Positions 1 through 14,143 of a stretch of DNA of 64,000 nt are shown here, one piece after another (the stretch's first letter is position 1; each line of letters begins with the position of its first letter). Below the pieces are notes generated by a model. The model was not told the DNA's origin. It did no database searches and worked only from the letters and a program-made list of their open reading frames with translations. The DNA lies in assembly GCA_051362555.1 (NCBI GenBank), contig CM120645.1:18724001-18788000 (forward strand), in the 5' to 3' direction. Made by a program: the position numbers and the translations under genes. This stretch comes from Lingula anatina. Lineage: Eukaryota > Animalia > Brachiopoda.

Positions 1-117
1 ATTTAATACTTGTCACCAGTGGCCAGGGATCTGAGGGTCGAAGCTTACTCTTCACAGCAGCTTCCAAATGTGCTCTCCTACAGGCATTTGATTTACAATT
101 CGTTGACCAATCTATTC

Positions 118-159
<42 letters not shown>
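118..159. repeat. (AAT)n microsatellite
   Basis: Directly visible. Confidence 0.95.
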
Positions 160-160
<1 letters not shown>

Positions 161-1934
161 GTAAAAGTATGGACCATTGGCTCTTCAGTCGCAGTTTTAA
201 CCTCAATTGTTGTGGGGAGGCGGTTGTCGTAGTTCTAGATCTGTGTAAAGGGGGCGTTGGTGGTTAATGCAGCGAATCATAATTGTTATTAGTTTTTCTC
301 TTACATTACCAGACTTGCCTGATTGATCGGGCAGGTGACCCTTAACGCGATTACTGACAGTTCTATTTGTCAATACACATTGCTCCTTCTAAGCTGACTC
401 TTGCTGGTTTTCCTTTCTGACCATTACAAAAAGATAACTATCTAACACAAGTACGGCAGTCTCCTTTTCCAACAACGCAAATTCAAATTTAAAAAGGAGC
501 AAAAAACTGAATCCGCCTGTTAAACTCGTTAAGTAATGGGTTGTTTTTCACAGCCATCACTATATTATGAGTTACGGGTTTTATAGTGGACCACACATCA
601 ACGAAAGGGTATGGGGAATCGAATGACAAAAAAAATGAAGAGGGCTGTCCTGATCAATATGAATTCCATCGACTCACATGTTGCCAGGATCTTACATTGG
701 CAGAAAACCTTTTAAATCATACATAATTTAACCATTCTTCCGCGGAAAATGGCGTCGTCAAAACACTGTCATAATTTGATGAAGTGGATTTTATCTAGGG
801 CATGGGCCGACTAACCCAACACATATAAGTTTGCATTATATGATAGTAGGATATTACTCTGTGTTTAATATTTCATAAGTGGGTAGTCTTTGTCATATCG
901 TGATAATAAATTAGTCTGTGGACAATAAAACTATTATTGCTATTTTTCACAGATAAAGGCCATATATCATTAATTAATTACGCATTTATGATAATCGTAT
1001 ATGTACATCAAAAAGAAGTAGACTTGTTTGAATAGGTTGTCTTAGGTAATCAACATCAACCTGATGTCAAATAATAGCAATGCCCTCAGCCAGACAGGTT
1101 AATACAAGGTCATTTTTAAACAATAGTATTAAGGTATCAGCATCATGTGTACTACTTTATCTCAATCCTTTCCAGACGTTTATCTGTATGAATGCCAGAT
1201 TTCCTGAGGGAGTGCACAATTTATGTATGCGGACATTATCTCGTTATTTTTGTTTTACAGTCTATTTATGTCCTCAGTCCTTCGGTGTTTTTGTTTGCAC
1301 ATTTCTAATAACACGTGAGTAGAAAACAAATGGCTTCGGGTCTCAAGGATGCTGAATATACATTTCCCCTTTAGTGTGGGACATCTCTCAATGTTTTTAC
1401 CAAGAAAGTCAATGCTTTTATTTTAAAGGGTAGTAAAAATTTTTTTCTCCAGCTTTTATCCTTCAGATGTGACCGTTTTAATACTACCTGTAAGTCTTAA
1501 ACTTATTTAATTCTTACTACTTTTTCTAACACAGCGACTCTTTTACAGAGTAATGGATTCTCGCAATGTATATTTTTATGTTTAATGGCGAAGTAAACCT
1601 CTATCTCTCATTTTAAATTACTATTTTGCAAACTGTCTGCATTTATATGTGCTCGCACTCTCTTGATAACAACTGTTGAGTTGTTTGATTTGTTTCTTCT
1701 ATCCCAATTAGAGCCTGGTGCATGTACATACAGACTGGAGGAGTACACAAACAAAGCCACATCACCCATTGTACAAAGTTAAATATTTGCCTTAAGTTTT
1801 ACTTCTGAAATGAGGTGCATTTCAGCTCAATTCCAAACTTTGGCAGACTAAAGATTACTGGAAAGGTGCAAACATAAAATTGAAAACATCTTCACTTCCC
1901 TCGCCACAAGCTCGCGCCGTCTCCCGCACATTCG

Positions 1935-1937
1935 CAC

Positions 1938-1974
<37 letters not shown>
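1935..1974. repeat. (CA)n microsatellite
   Basis: Directly visible. Confidence 0.95.
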
Positions 1975-1975
<1 letters not shown>

Positions 1976-2879
1976 CTCCGCGATAGCTACGTTAATATTG
2001 CCAAGACATCAAGCTAAACGAGAACTTAAAATTCAACAAAACATATATTTCAAAACATTTCCTTGTTGCCAGGGCAAAGTTACAGAAAACAACATAAAAT
2101 AAAAATTATGAGTTAAAATGAATTCGCACAGATCTACACCAAGTTAATTCAGTTTAAATGTAAATTAGATTTCAGAATTATGCAAAAGAAAATATTTAAA
2201 AAGAAATTTAAGTCTTTAAAAATTCAATAGGATTTCTAGATGGCACATAATGACACCTCTGTGTTTGAGCATGACAGCTAAGTTATTTTTAGCAACTAAA
2301 TGCTGAACATTAAAGTTATATCACTGCATAAGCTCTCCTCTCGTGTCGACTATCATTTTTAAAAAAGTTAATGATAATAACAAAAATGACAGTCAATTAA
2401 CATCTACCTCTGATTTTTCACTGTAATCATTTAGCAATATTATGGATTCTTGCATATATATTTTAATATATAGCGCGGGTGTTAAAACTAATTTCGACTA
2501 ATATCAAACATCTCTTACATCGAATTGCTATAACACTCCACAGCTATTGTACTCCTGGCTATAGTAATCAATTTTGTATTCAAATCCATTGATATATCGT
2601 ATTGTATTGTAATCTACATATATTTTAGACAAACTTGGGTTAACCACGGAGTTGTGACAGTGTATAGATCTTTGGGTTGACTAAATATGTTTCAAGACTA
2701 CCTCCGACTACCTCAGCGAATAGATTACGTTGAAATATTTGGTTTGTGTCGATGAGTTAACGAATATAAGTTTTAAGTACCTGTGACGGATGATAAGGTA
2801 TTGACACGCCGATTGCTTTTCCCGCACGCTGTGCTACCCCTTTTACTTAAGGATCGAAGAGCGGGCGGACGGAAACTTA

Positions 2880-3084
2880 GGGTGCATTCCCATAGATTTT
2901 AGATCGATCTATCCCCGTGGGGAGTCTCACTAGATTACTGTCAGATAATCCGGCTTAAATGTCCGTCCCGCCTACTAAAAGCTGTAAGGGGGTAATTAAC
3001 TATGGTGTCCGCTCGGCTGACTGCAATTTAGCCTGAACCCCCAACTTAATCTTTAGATCGATCTAAATCTCTGGGAAAGCACCC
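2880..3084. mobile_element. PIF/Harbinger-like MITE just 3' of the paralog A stop codon
   Basis: ~30-bp TIRs GGGTGCATTCCCATAGATTTTAGATCGATCTA / TAGATCGATCTAAATCTCTGGGAAAGCACCC, with TTA on both flanks. Confidence 0.8.
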
Positions 3085-3123
3085 TTACATAACTAGGCAC
3101 TTAATGTTTGTGATGTTCGGTGG

Positions 3124-6100
3124 TCAACATGGCTTTTTCCTTACACGGTCCAAGTACATTTTATTACCATTTCTCGATTCCTTTTCAATTCGGTTAAGTT
3201 CTGTGTGAGGCTTTAAGTCCAAACCAGAAGAGTAACTTATGACAGTTAATGCTGATTGGTCGAAGCGATGGTTAGCTAAGCTAGCGCCCTCTGGAGCGAT
3301 GCACCTTTGCGTGAGGGCACATGTAAACCATGGAATGAGCAGTTTTTGGTAAAGATAAGGTCGATTTGACCACCCATTAAACCCACCTGCAAAAGACGGC
3401 TTATTTTTAAAGCTTGTTTTATTCAAGCCCAAATGAAGGCACATTTTTTCATGCAAGAAAAGTGTCGTATCAGCATCTTGCCCTTGAATAAGTATGTATC
3501 CATCTTCCCACATTAATTGGTCCATCGTACTCATGCTGTCATTTATATGGCTTCCTGCGTCTATCCATAGCACCCTCTCATATGTATCCACCATCTCCTT
3601 GACAATCACTGGTTTCCAAGCGTACGTGTGTAAATTACGAAGATGTGGCGGATATTTGTCGAAATCGAATTTTCTATATGTAACTCTGCACCACGTCTTC
3701 ACCTCGGCCACCTGCTTCGGACTCAGGCCTAGGTCCCAAACCACTATATCCCGGTCAGGTGACCACTTATGGACACTTCCAACCAAATTCTTTAATCCAG
3801 GAAAGAAAAATGGTGAATTTGACCCGGTAATGAGTGTGAAGCTTAATTTCTGGCCTGGACGTGGCCTATCTGAAAGTAGATCAAGGAAATCAAATAATTT
3901 CACCAATTTTAATTAAAATTAAGTCCTTGAATTTGAACATGTGTAGATATTTTCATATCAATCTAACAATTATAATATACTATAATAGTTTATTTTATTT
4001 TAACAGTCGTAGGAATCGACGTTAAATTGAATGGGTGAGTTTGCGCATGGTGTCTCTAGAATATATTGGCCTCTATATGGTTGTCTTCGTCTTCATAGTG
4101 CGCCAAGACAGAATGTATATCGGTCTAAATGATTCATTTGATTGAATCTTTGTAAAGACTGTAAGCAAAATGTTTGTGTTGTAAAGCAAATGACTTACAC
4201 TTCACTAATTACAGCTAATGATTAAAACGAAATCAAAAGGATAGGGAGTAAGTGAGTGTAAGATAAATTTCTTTAAGAGTCAACAAGTGTAGAAATTGTC
4301 TTCGTGGTAAGGAAAGATGGAACGTGTCAAAGTCATATGTAGTTCGATTTGTTTGGTTAATTTCTCAACAGATTTTCAAGTTTCGGACATGTGTAATACA
4401 CATGCAAACTAAGGATGGATAAGGTCCAAGAATGAGTAATTCAAATAATATTTTTAATTGAAAACAAGTCCCTTAGAAATTACCTAATAAAGAATTGTTG
4501 AATGGTGGTTTGCATCATGAGAATGGAAAATTCCTTGTAATCACGCAAAGACAATGGAAAGAAAACAAGTAAATGCATGATCAGTACGGAGAAATAGAGT
4601 ATAAATACTTATGAGATTGTATGAAAAGGCAGTCGGTGAAAAAATGTTTGAAAGCTCCAGGTCGCTATAATATTTGTTTCTAAAATCATTTGATTCATTT
4701 GGCTGTATCGAGATTCGTTTTTTTTTTTCTTTCTTTTTTCGTTTTTCTTTTCTTTTCTTTTTTATTTGTCAACAAAAGTCTTCTTTAAAAGAACTGATTT
4801 CTATTATTGAGCACTTTATTTAATGTCCTTTTATTTTAAAGTATTCTAAAAAAAGGTTTTAAAAACAATGTTCACCCTTTCCAAAAAGCCTTCGGCCATA
4901 GTTATGATCACTCCAACGTGTGACGAGGATGAAGTATTTTTATAAAGGGAACTGGAGTTTATGTAGGTTTCCGTATTTTCGTTTTCTGGTTTGTCAGTTT
5001 TTAGCATGCATATAGTGGTAGTTTTTATTTCTGTCACCAGATGGCATGGTTCCCTCCGGATAAATCATACAGGGACATCTAGCCACCTGCATATTCAGTC
5101 AATATTGTATTAACGGACGATGAATTTGACCCGGAGCATCATCAAAATCAATACCTGTGTAATATTATACAGTGGCTTGGTGAGATGTGGAAGAGTAAAA
5201 AATACCAACGTGTAAAGTTCACGAAATCTTTAGATTTTTTACTATGGGGACATTAATAATAAGACTTGATGGGTTGCGTGTGTGAGTTTTCTGAATAGAA
5301 GCTCCCACGTCTCTTTTTTTATTCCATAACGATGCAAGACTTACATATACACGCCAAACAGTTGTTTGAAGCACTCTATTCTATATAATTTATACAGGCC
5401 TCTAAGCTTTTTAAACCATTGTACGTCACAGTGTTTGTAATATTTTCAGTGGCTTTTGGTCCAGTCAACTTTTAATCTTCAATAATAATATGCTTAGTTA
5501 TGAACGTTTTTCTAAATCCCGCGAAATCTGAAGTTGCACGGCTGCTCTATTAGCTTGTGCATACAAAAGAGGCCGATTAACAACAGAGAGTTTCAGATAT
5601 GGTGATACCGACATTACAATGTTAAACTTTGACCTGATCACATGTGTGCTTATGAGCAAAATCCTGAATCCGTCCTGTTCAGCATATTTAGAGTCCGATG
5701 AATACCACCATTAATTTATTAATTAAGTTTATTAATATATTTTATATTTATAATTAAGTATTTCTTAATCTTCCTTGGGGCCTACTACACAATTCGAAGC
5801 AGGCTGCCAAACCGCAACAAGAACTTAAAACTCAGGATAATAATCGTAATGCTGGCGTGCTTGAGACGAATCGATCTAGTAATACATGTAGCACTCAGTA
5901 AATGCTGATATCTGTGCATTCAGCTGCTATGGTGAGTTGACCCCGAGACGGCAATGTTTGGTGCCCATTCCTATCTGGAATTAACCTGCGTTATCTTTCA
6001 CACACTGCGACTGCCCTCCAACAGGGCCACAGAGAGAATCATTAGAATGTCTCCACTGTATGCTCACCGATATTAATCTGGCTTGCACATTTCTATGTTG

Positions 6101-9100
6101 TTCGGCTAGCACAAAAATGGCGCCGCCAACCAGTTAGTTTCTGGCAGAGAGTATAGGAGGAACACCTCCTTGTGCACGCACAGACATGTATATAATATAC
6201 TGATATCGTTCTGGCACTGCACAATAAACAAGATGGCTTTGCCTGTGTACAATAATATATAATTAATGCGCAAAAATGTCCATGGTGGCTAATAATTTGA
6301 GAATTAAAAACAACGGTTGGTAACTAGCTTCGATACCTCATATAGATCCCGATCAATCTATGTCCAGCGTCATGAAATACTCAGTAGATCAACAGGTCAC
6401 CAGGGGTCAAATTTTATGGTTTTGAGAGAGTATTTGGGATGATCTGTAAATACTGTATACTGAGTGTATGATGTGTCCACGGCGTCTTCAAGGATGGGCA
6501 CTGCCTTATATAAGCAGTTTGGTACTGGAAAATTGTCTGTAACGCCAGAAAAGTCGTTATTTGTTTAGATTATATATCACTTTAATGAAAAAAAGCAATT
6601 AAAGTGGAAGTATTTGAACGTTTGTTGACAGAGGTGGGTCGAACACCCGAACAGGCATTTCAAATTAGTTTAATATTTCCAACAAAGTGAACGTCTTGGT
6701 ATTTGTGAGAGCAAAATACATTTTGTAACTCCTCCATTAGCAACAAAAATATCCCGATTTGTTCGCTAGAAAATCTTTATAGTTAAAGAAAGATTACATC
6801 TATAAAACTGCTGTAAAATGCTATAAAAATGCTGAATGCTGTCTTGTTATATAAAATGACTTAATAACATTATTAAGGAGAATTACAAAGCAGCTAATTC
6901 TTAATTGCGACACGAAACTTATAGTGGCGCCGTTCAATTGACTTAGGTACCGGTAAGTACATAATTAATTTATTCATTTTATTCTTGGATCTACGTATAT
7001 TCACTTTGTAATACACGCAAAATGACAAATATTCTTGAATGTAAATATATATTTATAATAATAGTAATAAAATTTAAAAAATAAAAGAAGAAAACGGAAG
7101 TGTGTGGGAATCGAATTCACACCGGGGTGCTTAATAGCCAAAGGCGTTATCAGGGGCGGATCCAGGATTATTTGAAGGGGGGGTCCCTTTTTGCCGGAAA
7201 AAAGATCCCCTCTTAGTAAAATATTATCTAGGTGCATGAAGGTTTCATGACAAAAGGTCCATTTTTTTTTCAGAAAAAGAACTCCCTTTAGAAATTGCCG
7301 GCTGCGAGCCAGGTCAACTTCTTCGGGGAATGTATCTCGCCTACTGCAACGCGTCCATTGCAGATGTGTGTGAATGGAACTTGAAGTGGGCAACTAATAT
7401 AGATTTCTATTTGATCATTCGGCAAAGTAAACAGTCAATGGATTGTACAAATCAAGCGACGCAGATATACAATGTTAAGCTTTGATGAAAAGATTTTGAG
7501 AACAAACTCATATTGGCAGTTCTATGTGTGTTTTACGCTTTGTTGGAGACGAATGCATTACTTTTCAATTGTGTTACCAGATTAAATATACATGTTTGCT
7601 CGTAACGGTATTTAATATTACAGTGACATAGTATGACCATACAGTGCGTCAGTGGCCACAGCTCAACACAACTACATGTACGCACTGCATAACGCAATAA
7701 AAAAAGACCTTTTTAAATCATTTCTATCCTAGATCCCATCAAATTAAGAGTGGTGAGTTTTGGACGCACATAAATCTTAATGACATTGTGATAAATGGAT
7801 GTTTTATAAATACATCTATATCAAGATTGATAGTCTTGTTATTTTTCCTGCTTGGTTTTATGTGTCGTTGATAAGTCAGTGTATTTGCATTCTGTGTCAT
7901 CAATCATCTACATATAAAATATCACCGTCCATTTCACTAGCTACATGTGTGTGTATTATTATGCAACTCTGAAGATCTACCTAACAGATTTTATATATAT
8001 ATATATATATAATCCAAGCTTTCGGCCTTTAGATTATCCCCGAAGAAGGCCTAGATGCGGAAAACTTGGATTATATATGACATCTGTTAAGTAGATCTTC
8101 AGAGATGCATCAGTAATAATACTTATTTTTCCTTAGAGATCTATACAGCGAGTTGACATGAATCTTCAACTAACTATGTGTACAACACCTTCGACACTTG
8201 ACATGATTCTGGTCCTTTAGGTACGTGTACAGGGTACAACACGTACCGGCCTATATATCAGAAGGATGAAAATCGTCCCAAATTTTTGAATTTCATCTTC
8301 TCAAAAACTATTCACTAACATTCGATGACATTTCGCCTAATATGAAACACGATATCGCCTCTAGTGCTTATAAGATTCGTCTCGAAAGCTTATGTGGTAT
8401 TCAATATAAACATGATTGCTCAAACACGCAATATTATTACTCGCCTTGTAGTGCCCTACTTGATGACTTTTCCCAGTTAATCAACATAAATCCACTTTTG
8501 AATATTTTAAATGAATAAATAAAAGTACAGTTTTAATCAGGTTTACGCTCAGAAATGTAATTTTAAACAAATATGTAATTTATTAACATTTGGTACCTTT
8601 TTTAATTAGTTTTTTTTTCAATATATAATAAACATAACAAAACACAACATTAATGGATTTTATAAGTAGCTCCCCATAAACCAAGGCGAACGTGAATATT
8701 TTACCTATGTTCTCTTTTCTATATACAGGTTCGACTTGGATCACTAGCGAGTACCTGGTGACGTCGTGAGAAAAATACGACGCTACCGATTGTATGAAGA
8801 ACATTTCAGTACAGACGAGGCACTTTTTTTTTTTAATTTTTTTTTTTACTGAGTGGCCATGTACCAAATAATATACAGGAGGGCGGAGTTTTCACGACAA
8901 ACGTTCTTTGCAATGGCGTTGCAGGGATTTCATTTGCCCACAGACCATATGAAAGTTTCGATTGCTTGTTAGTTTTCTTTGAGTATTGATTTGATAATAA
9001 CACAGCTTGTATGTAGCATGGAAACTGCATTGCTAAATTCGGGCGACAAACCAAAAAAATAACGCCACGGAAAACCTGTAACACTGTGGTCTTTTCTTTC

Positions 9101-10148
9101 GTTGCATATTTGTACGAGTGGATCAAAAATCCGTTCTCCAAGCGATTGCAATTATCCTAAGCACTTCTTGCAGCATCAAAAATATATTTAAAAGAGCAAA
9201 TAAGGGCCCAGTTTCAACAACACTGGATAGTGTTATCTTATGAATAACACTATCCACTGCACAAAATTATTTTCATATGGACTCAATAAAACAAAGTTTC
9301 ACAAACACTGCATACTTCTTTGACTCTGATATTGTTTTCCAGTGGTCGAAAATGCCTGCTGTTCTCAGGACAACAGTCCACATGATAACACTGTTATGCT
9401 GTGGATACCTCTATCCAGCGTTGATGAAATCCGGCCAAGATGTTTAAAGCGATTTTATAAGGAAACACGCAAAAAATTTACTGGGTCTTGGACTACCAAA
9501 TATTGTTAAGGCCCCAAATTTGAATAAAGTCACCAACAGTACCAACATTTGAAACCAGGGATAACGAGAGACTGTTACAGTGGCAGCAGAGAGAGACCGC
9601 CAGTACTAGGACTTTGAAACCCAAGGTAACGAGGGACTGCTACAGTGGCAGCAGAGAGTGACCGCCAGTATCAGGGCTTTGAAGCCAGGGGTGACGAGAG
9701 GCTGTTACAGTGGCAGCAGAGAGAGATCGCCAGTACCAGGATTTTGAAACCCAAGGTAACGAGGGACTGCTACAGTGGCAGCAGAGAGTGACCGCCATTA
9801 CTAGGATTTTGAAACCCAAGGTAACGAGGGACTGCTACAGTGGCAGCAGAGAGTGACCGCCAGTTTCAGGACTTTGAAACCAGGGGTAACGAGAGACTGT
9901 TACAGTGGCAGCAGAGAGAGACCGCCAGTACTAGGAGTTTGAAACCCACGTTAACGAGAGACATTTGCTGTGTAATGAAGAGCTAGAGTTGGTGTTTTGA
10001 TCTGTAGTATTTCCGTCACGTCTTGGGATTCTTTCATGTACTTACCCAGAGATGACCTTAAATCGTCTGCTTTATAAAGGGATAAGTATCCAAAAGCCGT
10101 CAGAAGAATAAGAACCGTTGTTGTTGGTATTATAACATATCGCTTCAT
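3124..10148 (-). CDS. DUF1647-family putative glycosyltransferase, paralog A (type II membrane protein, ~282 aa, 2 coding exons)
   Basis: Exon 1 (10148-10046) is MKRYVIIPTTTVLILLTAFGYLSLYKADDLRSSL, a signal anchor, ending in phase-1 donor G|GTAAGT. Exon 2 (3869-3124) follows acceptor ctactttcAG and is phase 1. Motifs VWDLGL, FDFDKYP-H, YAWKP, LWIDAG, W..CAL..CIAP and HRFDQS are recognised as DUF1647-like. Confidence 0.85.
7151..7310. mobile_element. hAT-like MITE (same family as 29213-29378, opposite orientation)
   Basis: Begins CAGGGGCGGATCC. The interior (aaaaggtcca...tcagaaaaagaa...aaattgc.ggct) matches the reverse complement of the 29.2 kb element. Confidence 0.65.
7953..8122. repeat. 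Fold-back inverted repeat, probably a Penelope-type terminal relic
   Basis: Arms atgcaactctgaagatctacctaacagat..ataatccaag / cttggattata..atctgttaagtagatcttcagagatgcat, with central CCGAAGAAGGC..GCGGAAA. Confidence 0.65.
9205..9436. mobile_element. MITE, PIF/Harbinger-like
   Basis: TIRs GGCCCAGTTTCAACAACACTGGATAG / CTATCCAGCGTTGATGAAATCCGGCC. Confidence 0.7.
9548..9961. repeat. 65-bp minisatellite, ~6.3 copies, in the intron of paralog A
   Basis: TGGCAGCAGA recurs at 9581, 9646, 9711, 9776, 9841 and 9906 (exact 65-bp period). Confidence 0.95.
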
Positions 10149-13100
10149 TATTCTGGCTGTTCCCGGTTATCCTATCGGTCCAAGCGACGACGCTGGTCTG
10201 TGACTGTGGGACCTATTATTATATAAGATATTGCTTTAGCAACGTTAAGCCACAGGCACGCTACCTGGCGGAGTGATATAGAAAACAAATACCGTTCACA
10301 ATATGTTAGTTGGCCCTGTAGCGATGGCATTGCAAGTGCGTCCGGTTTATTTGTATATGATGCTTTTGCCTTGAATTAAGTTAAAGAATGAACATGAGTT
10401 ACGTTTTAACTGGGAAAGACAGAACTCTTTGTCAGCGGATGAAGAGCAAAAATCAGGTGACTGCTTGGAGGGGTCCTTCCCAAAGTTTGAATCGTTCATT
10501 TAATTTGAGCTGCACAGTAGCCTTTCGATCTGTCCAGTATATAGAACAGGCTTCGAGGTGACTTTGCATTAATTGTAATTACATGTTGCTTATTAATCCT
10601 TTAGTATTATAATGATGATATCTTTGTAAATCTTGGTTCTTTTTTCTTCAATCGACCCCTGCCAGCATAGTAAAGATTCAGGGCGTTTTTCTGTACTTTA
10701 TTAGACATGTCATAAGAAAGTTATGTTCAGGTAAATTCTAACAGAAATTTTCAAATTTTTTCTAGAATTAGTTTTAAATATTGAATTCATTATATTGAAT
10801 TTATTAAAGAAAATAGTTTTACATCCTTTATTTTGGCAGTCTGCTGGGTAAATGACTATAGAATATATTTTAAGGGCGTTTTGTTTTTACTTTGATGGTC
10901 GTAGTGAGATAACAATATAATTAATTTTTCCTGAATTTATCCTGAATTTTTGTTTTCGAAGGAAGGCCACTCAAGACACTGTTCGCTGAAAAAAAGGAGA
11001 AAACAACTGATTTTTCCACAGAAACAAGTGAAAAACATGAATTTTACAGTCATTTGCTAAATAGTTTAAAATGAGTAAAATAAGTTTTGGTCTAAATCAA
11101 CAATCTCCCTCCTAATTTCAATTTGGAAATTCACCTCACCGTTAATTCACCTCCAAGCATGCTCAAACTTGCGTTGCCCTTAAAACCAACTGGGTTTATT
11201 TAACACCAAATAATCTGCTGCGTTTTAATAGTTCAATTCAAGGAGACCCTTTGTATGTTTTATAATTGCCAATGGCTAAATTCTTTTCATTGCCAATGGC
11301 AAATAATACATTAAGAAATGTGATTGAAATATGGCATAATCACCTATGACATTATCACCTTTATCGCTGTTACTATGGTATTGAAAGTGCAATCAAATTG
11401 GTTTCATGCCCCGAAAGCTATTTTAACCGGCTTCCACATAAAGTAAGCAAACAAACACAGAGTACTGATTATTCGAGATTTTATTGTACTTATATTTATT
11501 ATGGCTACAAAAGCCAAAATGGAAATCAAATGCCTGTGAGATATTATTATGACCTTGTAAGGTCTAATCCTCTACCCGTTCTTTTCACACTCCGTCCTCA
11601 GGCCTAATAGACAGTATCACATTTTTAATGAACTGGCCAGGATATAATGCGGGTGCGTTTGAATATAGCAGGGTTCATATAAATAGGCCTATAGCCAAAG
11701 TTTTTTTTTATTTTATTCATTTTTATTACTTCTCTGTTTTATATTTTAGCATGAACACATTTCAGAATGATTTTATTACTTATATTAGAACGATTTTATT
11801 ATGTGATATTATTGTGGGAATTATGTGAATTATGGGAATTCCCGAGGTGGGAATAAAATAATAATTATCCAAATCATTATGCTGGTATAATAAATATAAT
11901 AAATACATGTACATGTATTCACAACAAATGTTGCACGATTTTTTTTTTATTTGCATGGTTGCGAAAAGGCCATTTTCTTGGTCAGGAGGTCACTTTCTGG
12001 TTTAGCAGCCGAGGAAGACCCCACAAAGGAAAGCCAGGTAGAGGTGACACTCACGTCGTTGGCCTAACTTTCTATAGAACTGGGATATTTTTTTAAATAT
12101 TGTAGAGTTCTTTGTGAACTCATAATTATAAGTAATATAAGTAAGTAAATATAAGTAATACTCATTTTTTCTTGAATTAAAAAAATCGAATTATTGTACT
12201 GTCCTGCAATCCGTAATCTGAACTACTCTTTTTTTAACCGAAATCTACACTCATTAGCACTCCTGTTTTATGTTTTCTGATATTTATGCTAGGTGGTCGC
12301 ACAAACAGACCCTGGTGCATAAACGAAATGTAAACGTGAAATAGGAGTGCAGTATTTCGTGCAAGTCGGCAACCATACTTGATTTGAAATTTTATCGCAG
12401 ACACTTTGTGTAGATCAAACAGCCTGATACATGGAGAGATTTTTTAGTCTGAATCGAGAGATCGAGAGAAATGTTCTCAAATTGGGAGACTCCCGACGAG
12501 ATTGGGAGTGTTGACGGTTGAGTGTGTGGTAAGGAATACTGGGGAGGATGTTATACATAGTGGGTAGCTACAACCCCTATTCGAGAGGAAATAGACTATA
12601 AAATCATTTGACACGCGTGATATACATGTATTTGTAAGGTTACTACCGTCAATGGCGTTGATACCTGCAAAAATGGGGAGGATAACGAACCGTTTCAGTG
12701 TCTGCAACCCATTGAATATGGAGTGGAAATAATTGGGGAAAACTGCTACCGATGAAAAAAGGAGGTAGGGAAAGATAACCCTCAACCCATCAAAATGGGG
12801 AAATAAAGTGAAGGCAACAGTGTGGGTCTACTTGTATACAGTATCACCAGTAGGCGGCAGTGCAATGTAAGTGAGAACGGATTCTGCTATCTGCACCCTA
12901 AATAAATAACTTGATAGATAACAGGAAAATTGAATTTAGAATTATTTTAAAATTATTTTTATTTTAAAATTATTTTTAAATTCACAGTCATAATTTTAAA
13001 ATAATATGATTATAAATGCTTAGTTACAGTTAGTGAAAAGGCTGACTAAACTCTCATGACAATACAGACTATATTCTCTTTATATGTACATGTACTATAC

Positions 13101-14143
13101 ACAAGATGAAGCACGAAAATACATGTATGACAGAAGTGATACATATATTTAGGGATATTGAAGCCAATCAAAATACATTTACTAAAGACCTTTAACACAA
13201 TTTAACTGAGGCTAAAGCCATGAAAGAAATTATTCAATCTTTTTTACAACTGAAATTAAAACTTGATTACAGTTCTTTCTAATGGATAACAAACATTTAC
13301 ATTAACTCTGCATACTCAATGATGTAACTAAACTTTGGCATACTTTGATAAAAATAAGAGGCTTCTCAAATGTAATTTCACAATAAGAAATGGCCTTTCT
13401 ACATCTAGCGTTTTATCTTGATAAATTATATATTTGATAAATAATGACAATTACATTATATTTCAATAAAAACTATTCAAATGAATGTAAAAAAGTGACA
13501 CGAAAATGCCGATACTAAAAATGTGCAATGTTATAAATTAAAACACTTTGTTAAATATTATAATGTATCTACAGTATAAGTATCATAGTGTAAACCAACG
13601 CACAATAAAGAAGAGTAAAACACAGGCAGTGTATAGGTGACAATTAAAGGTTTTAAATATTTGTCTATGTAAAATATAGTTTTTACTGCATAAAACCAAA
13701 TTTTGGCAACAACTGTAAGTTTTCTGAAATTGTAAGTTTTCAATAAAACCAAAGATATTTAAAAAAGGATTGGTTTTTGTTGTCGTGAAAGACAGCTTGT
13801 TCATTTCCATTGCATTAGTTAGAGGCCATTCAGAACATACGCTCATATCGGTACCTGCCTTGAGGAGCACATTAACACATGATTTATATGCCCCCCCCCC
13901 CCCCCCCCCCACACACACACACAGTATATAGACTGAAATATGAAAAATACTTTTTTGTATTTTTGTTAACTGTTCATTATGTCGACCGTAAATTTTATTT
14001 TTAGAAACAACATAGCTCAAGGAGAAAGATCAACTTCCTCACTGCTCAAATCAAATAATCATACATAAAAATTAATTAATCTGGTTGAATGAACTCTTCG
14101 TTTACAAAACCCACCTTTCTGAAATAATAAATACCCGGTTTAA

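Noticed and set aside
3494-3916. 140-aa plus-strand ORF
   Set aside because: Antisense shadow of the DUF1647 catalytic exon.
4100-4680. Possible second Tx1/L1 relic (IENKS..., HENGKFL-like fragments on plus)
   Set aside because: Too degenerate to support without a translated homology search.
4846-5037. Possible middle exon of paralog A
   Set aside because: There is no convincing phase-compatible acceptor, no equivalent in paralog B, and exons 1 and 2 already join in frame.
6620-7150. tRNA-like B-box fragments on minus (around 6630-6650 and 7100-7145)
   Set aside because: No complete cloverleaf; at most decayed SINE heads.
9548-9961. CRISPR array or coding mucin-like stem
   Set aside because: The whole 65-bp unit repeats with no unique spacers, the context is eukaryotic, the period is not divisible by 3, and the frames contain stops.
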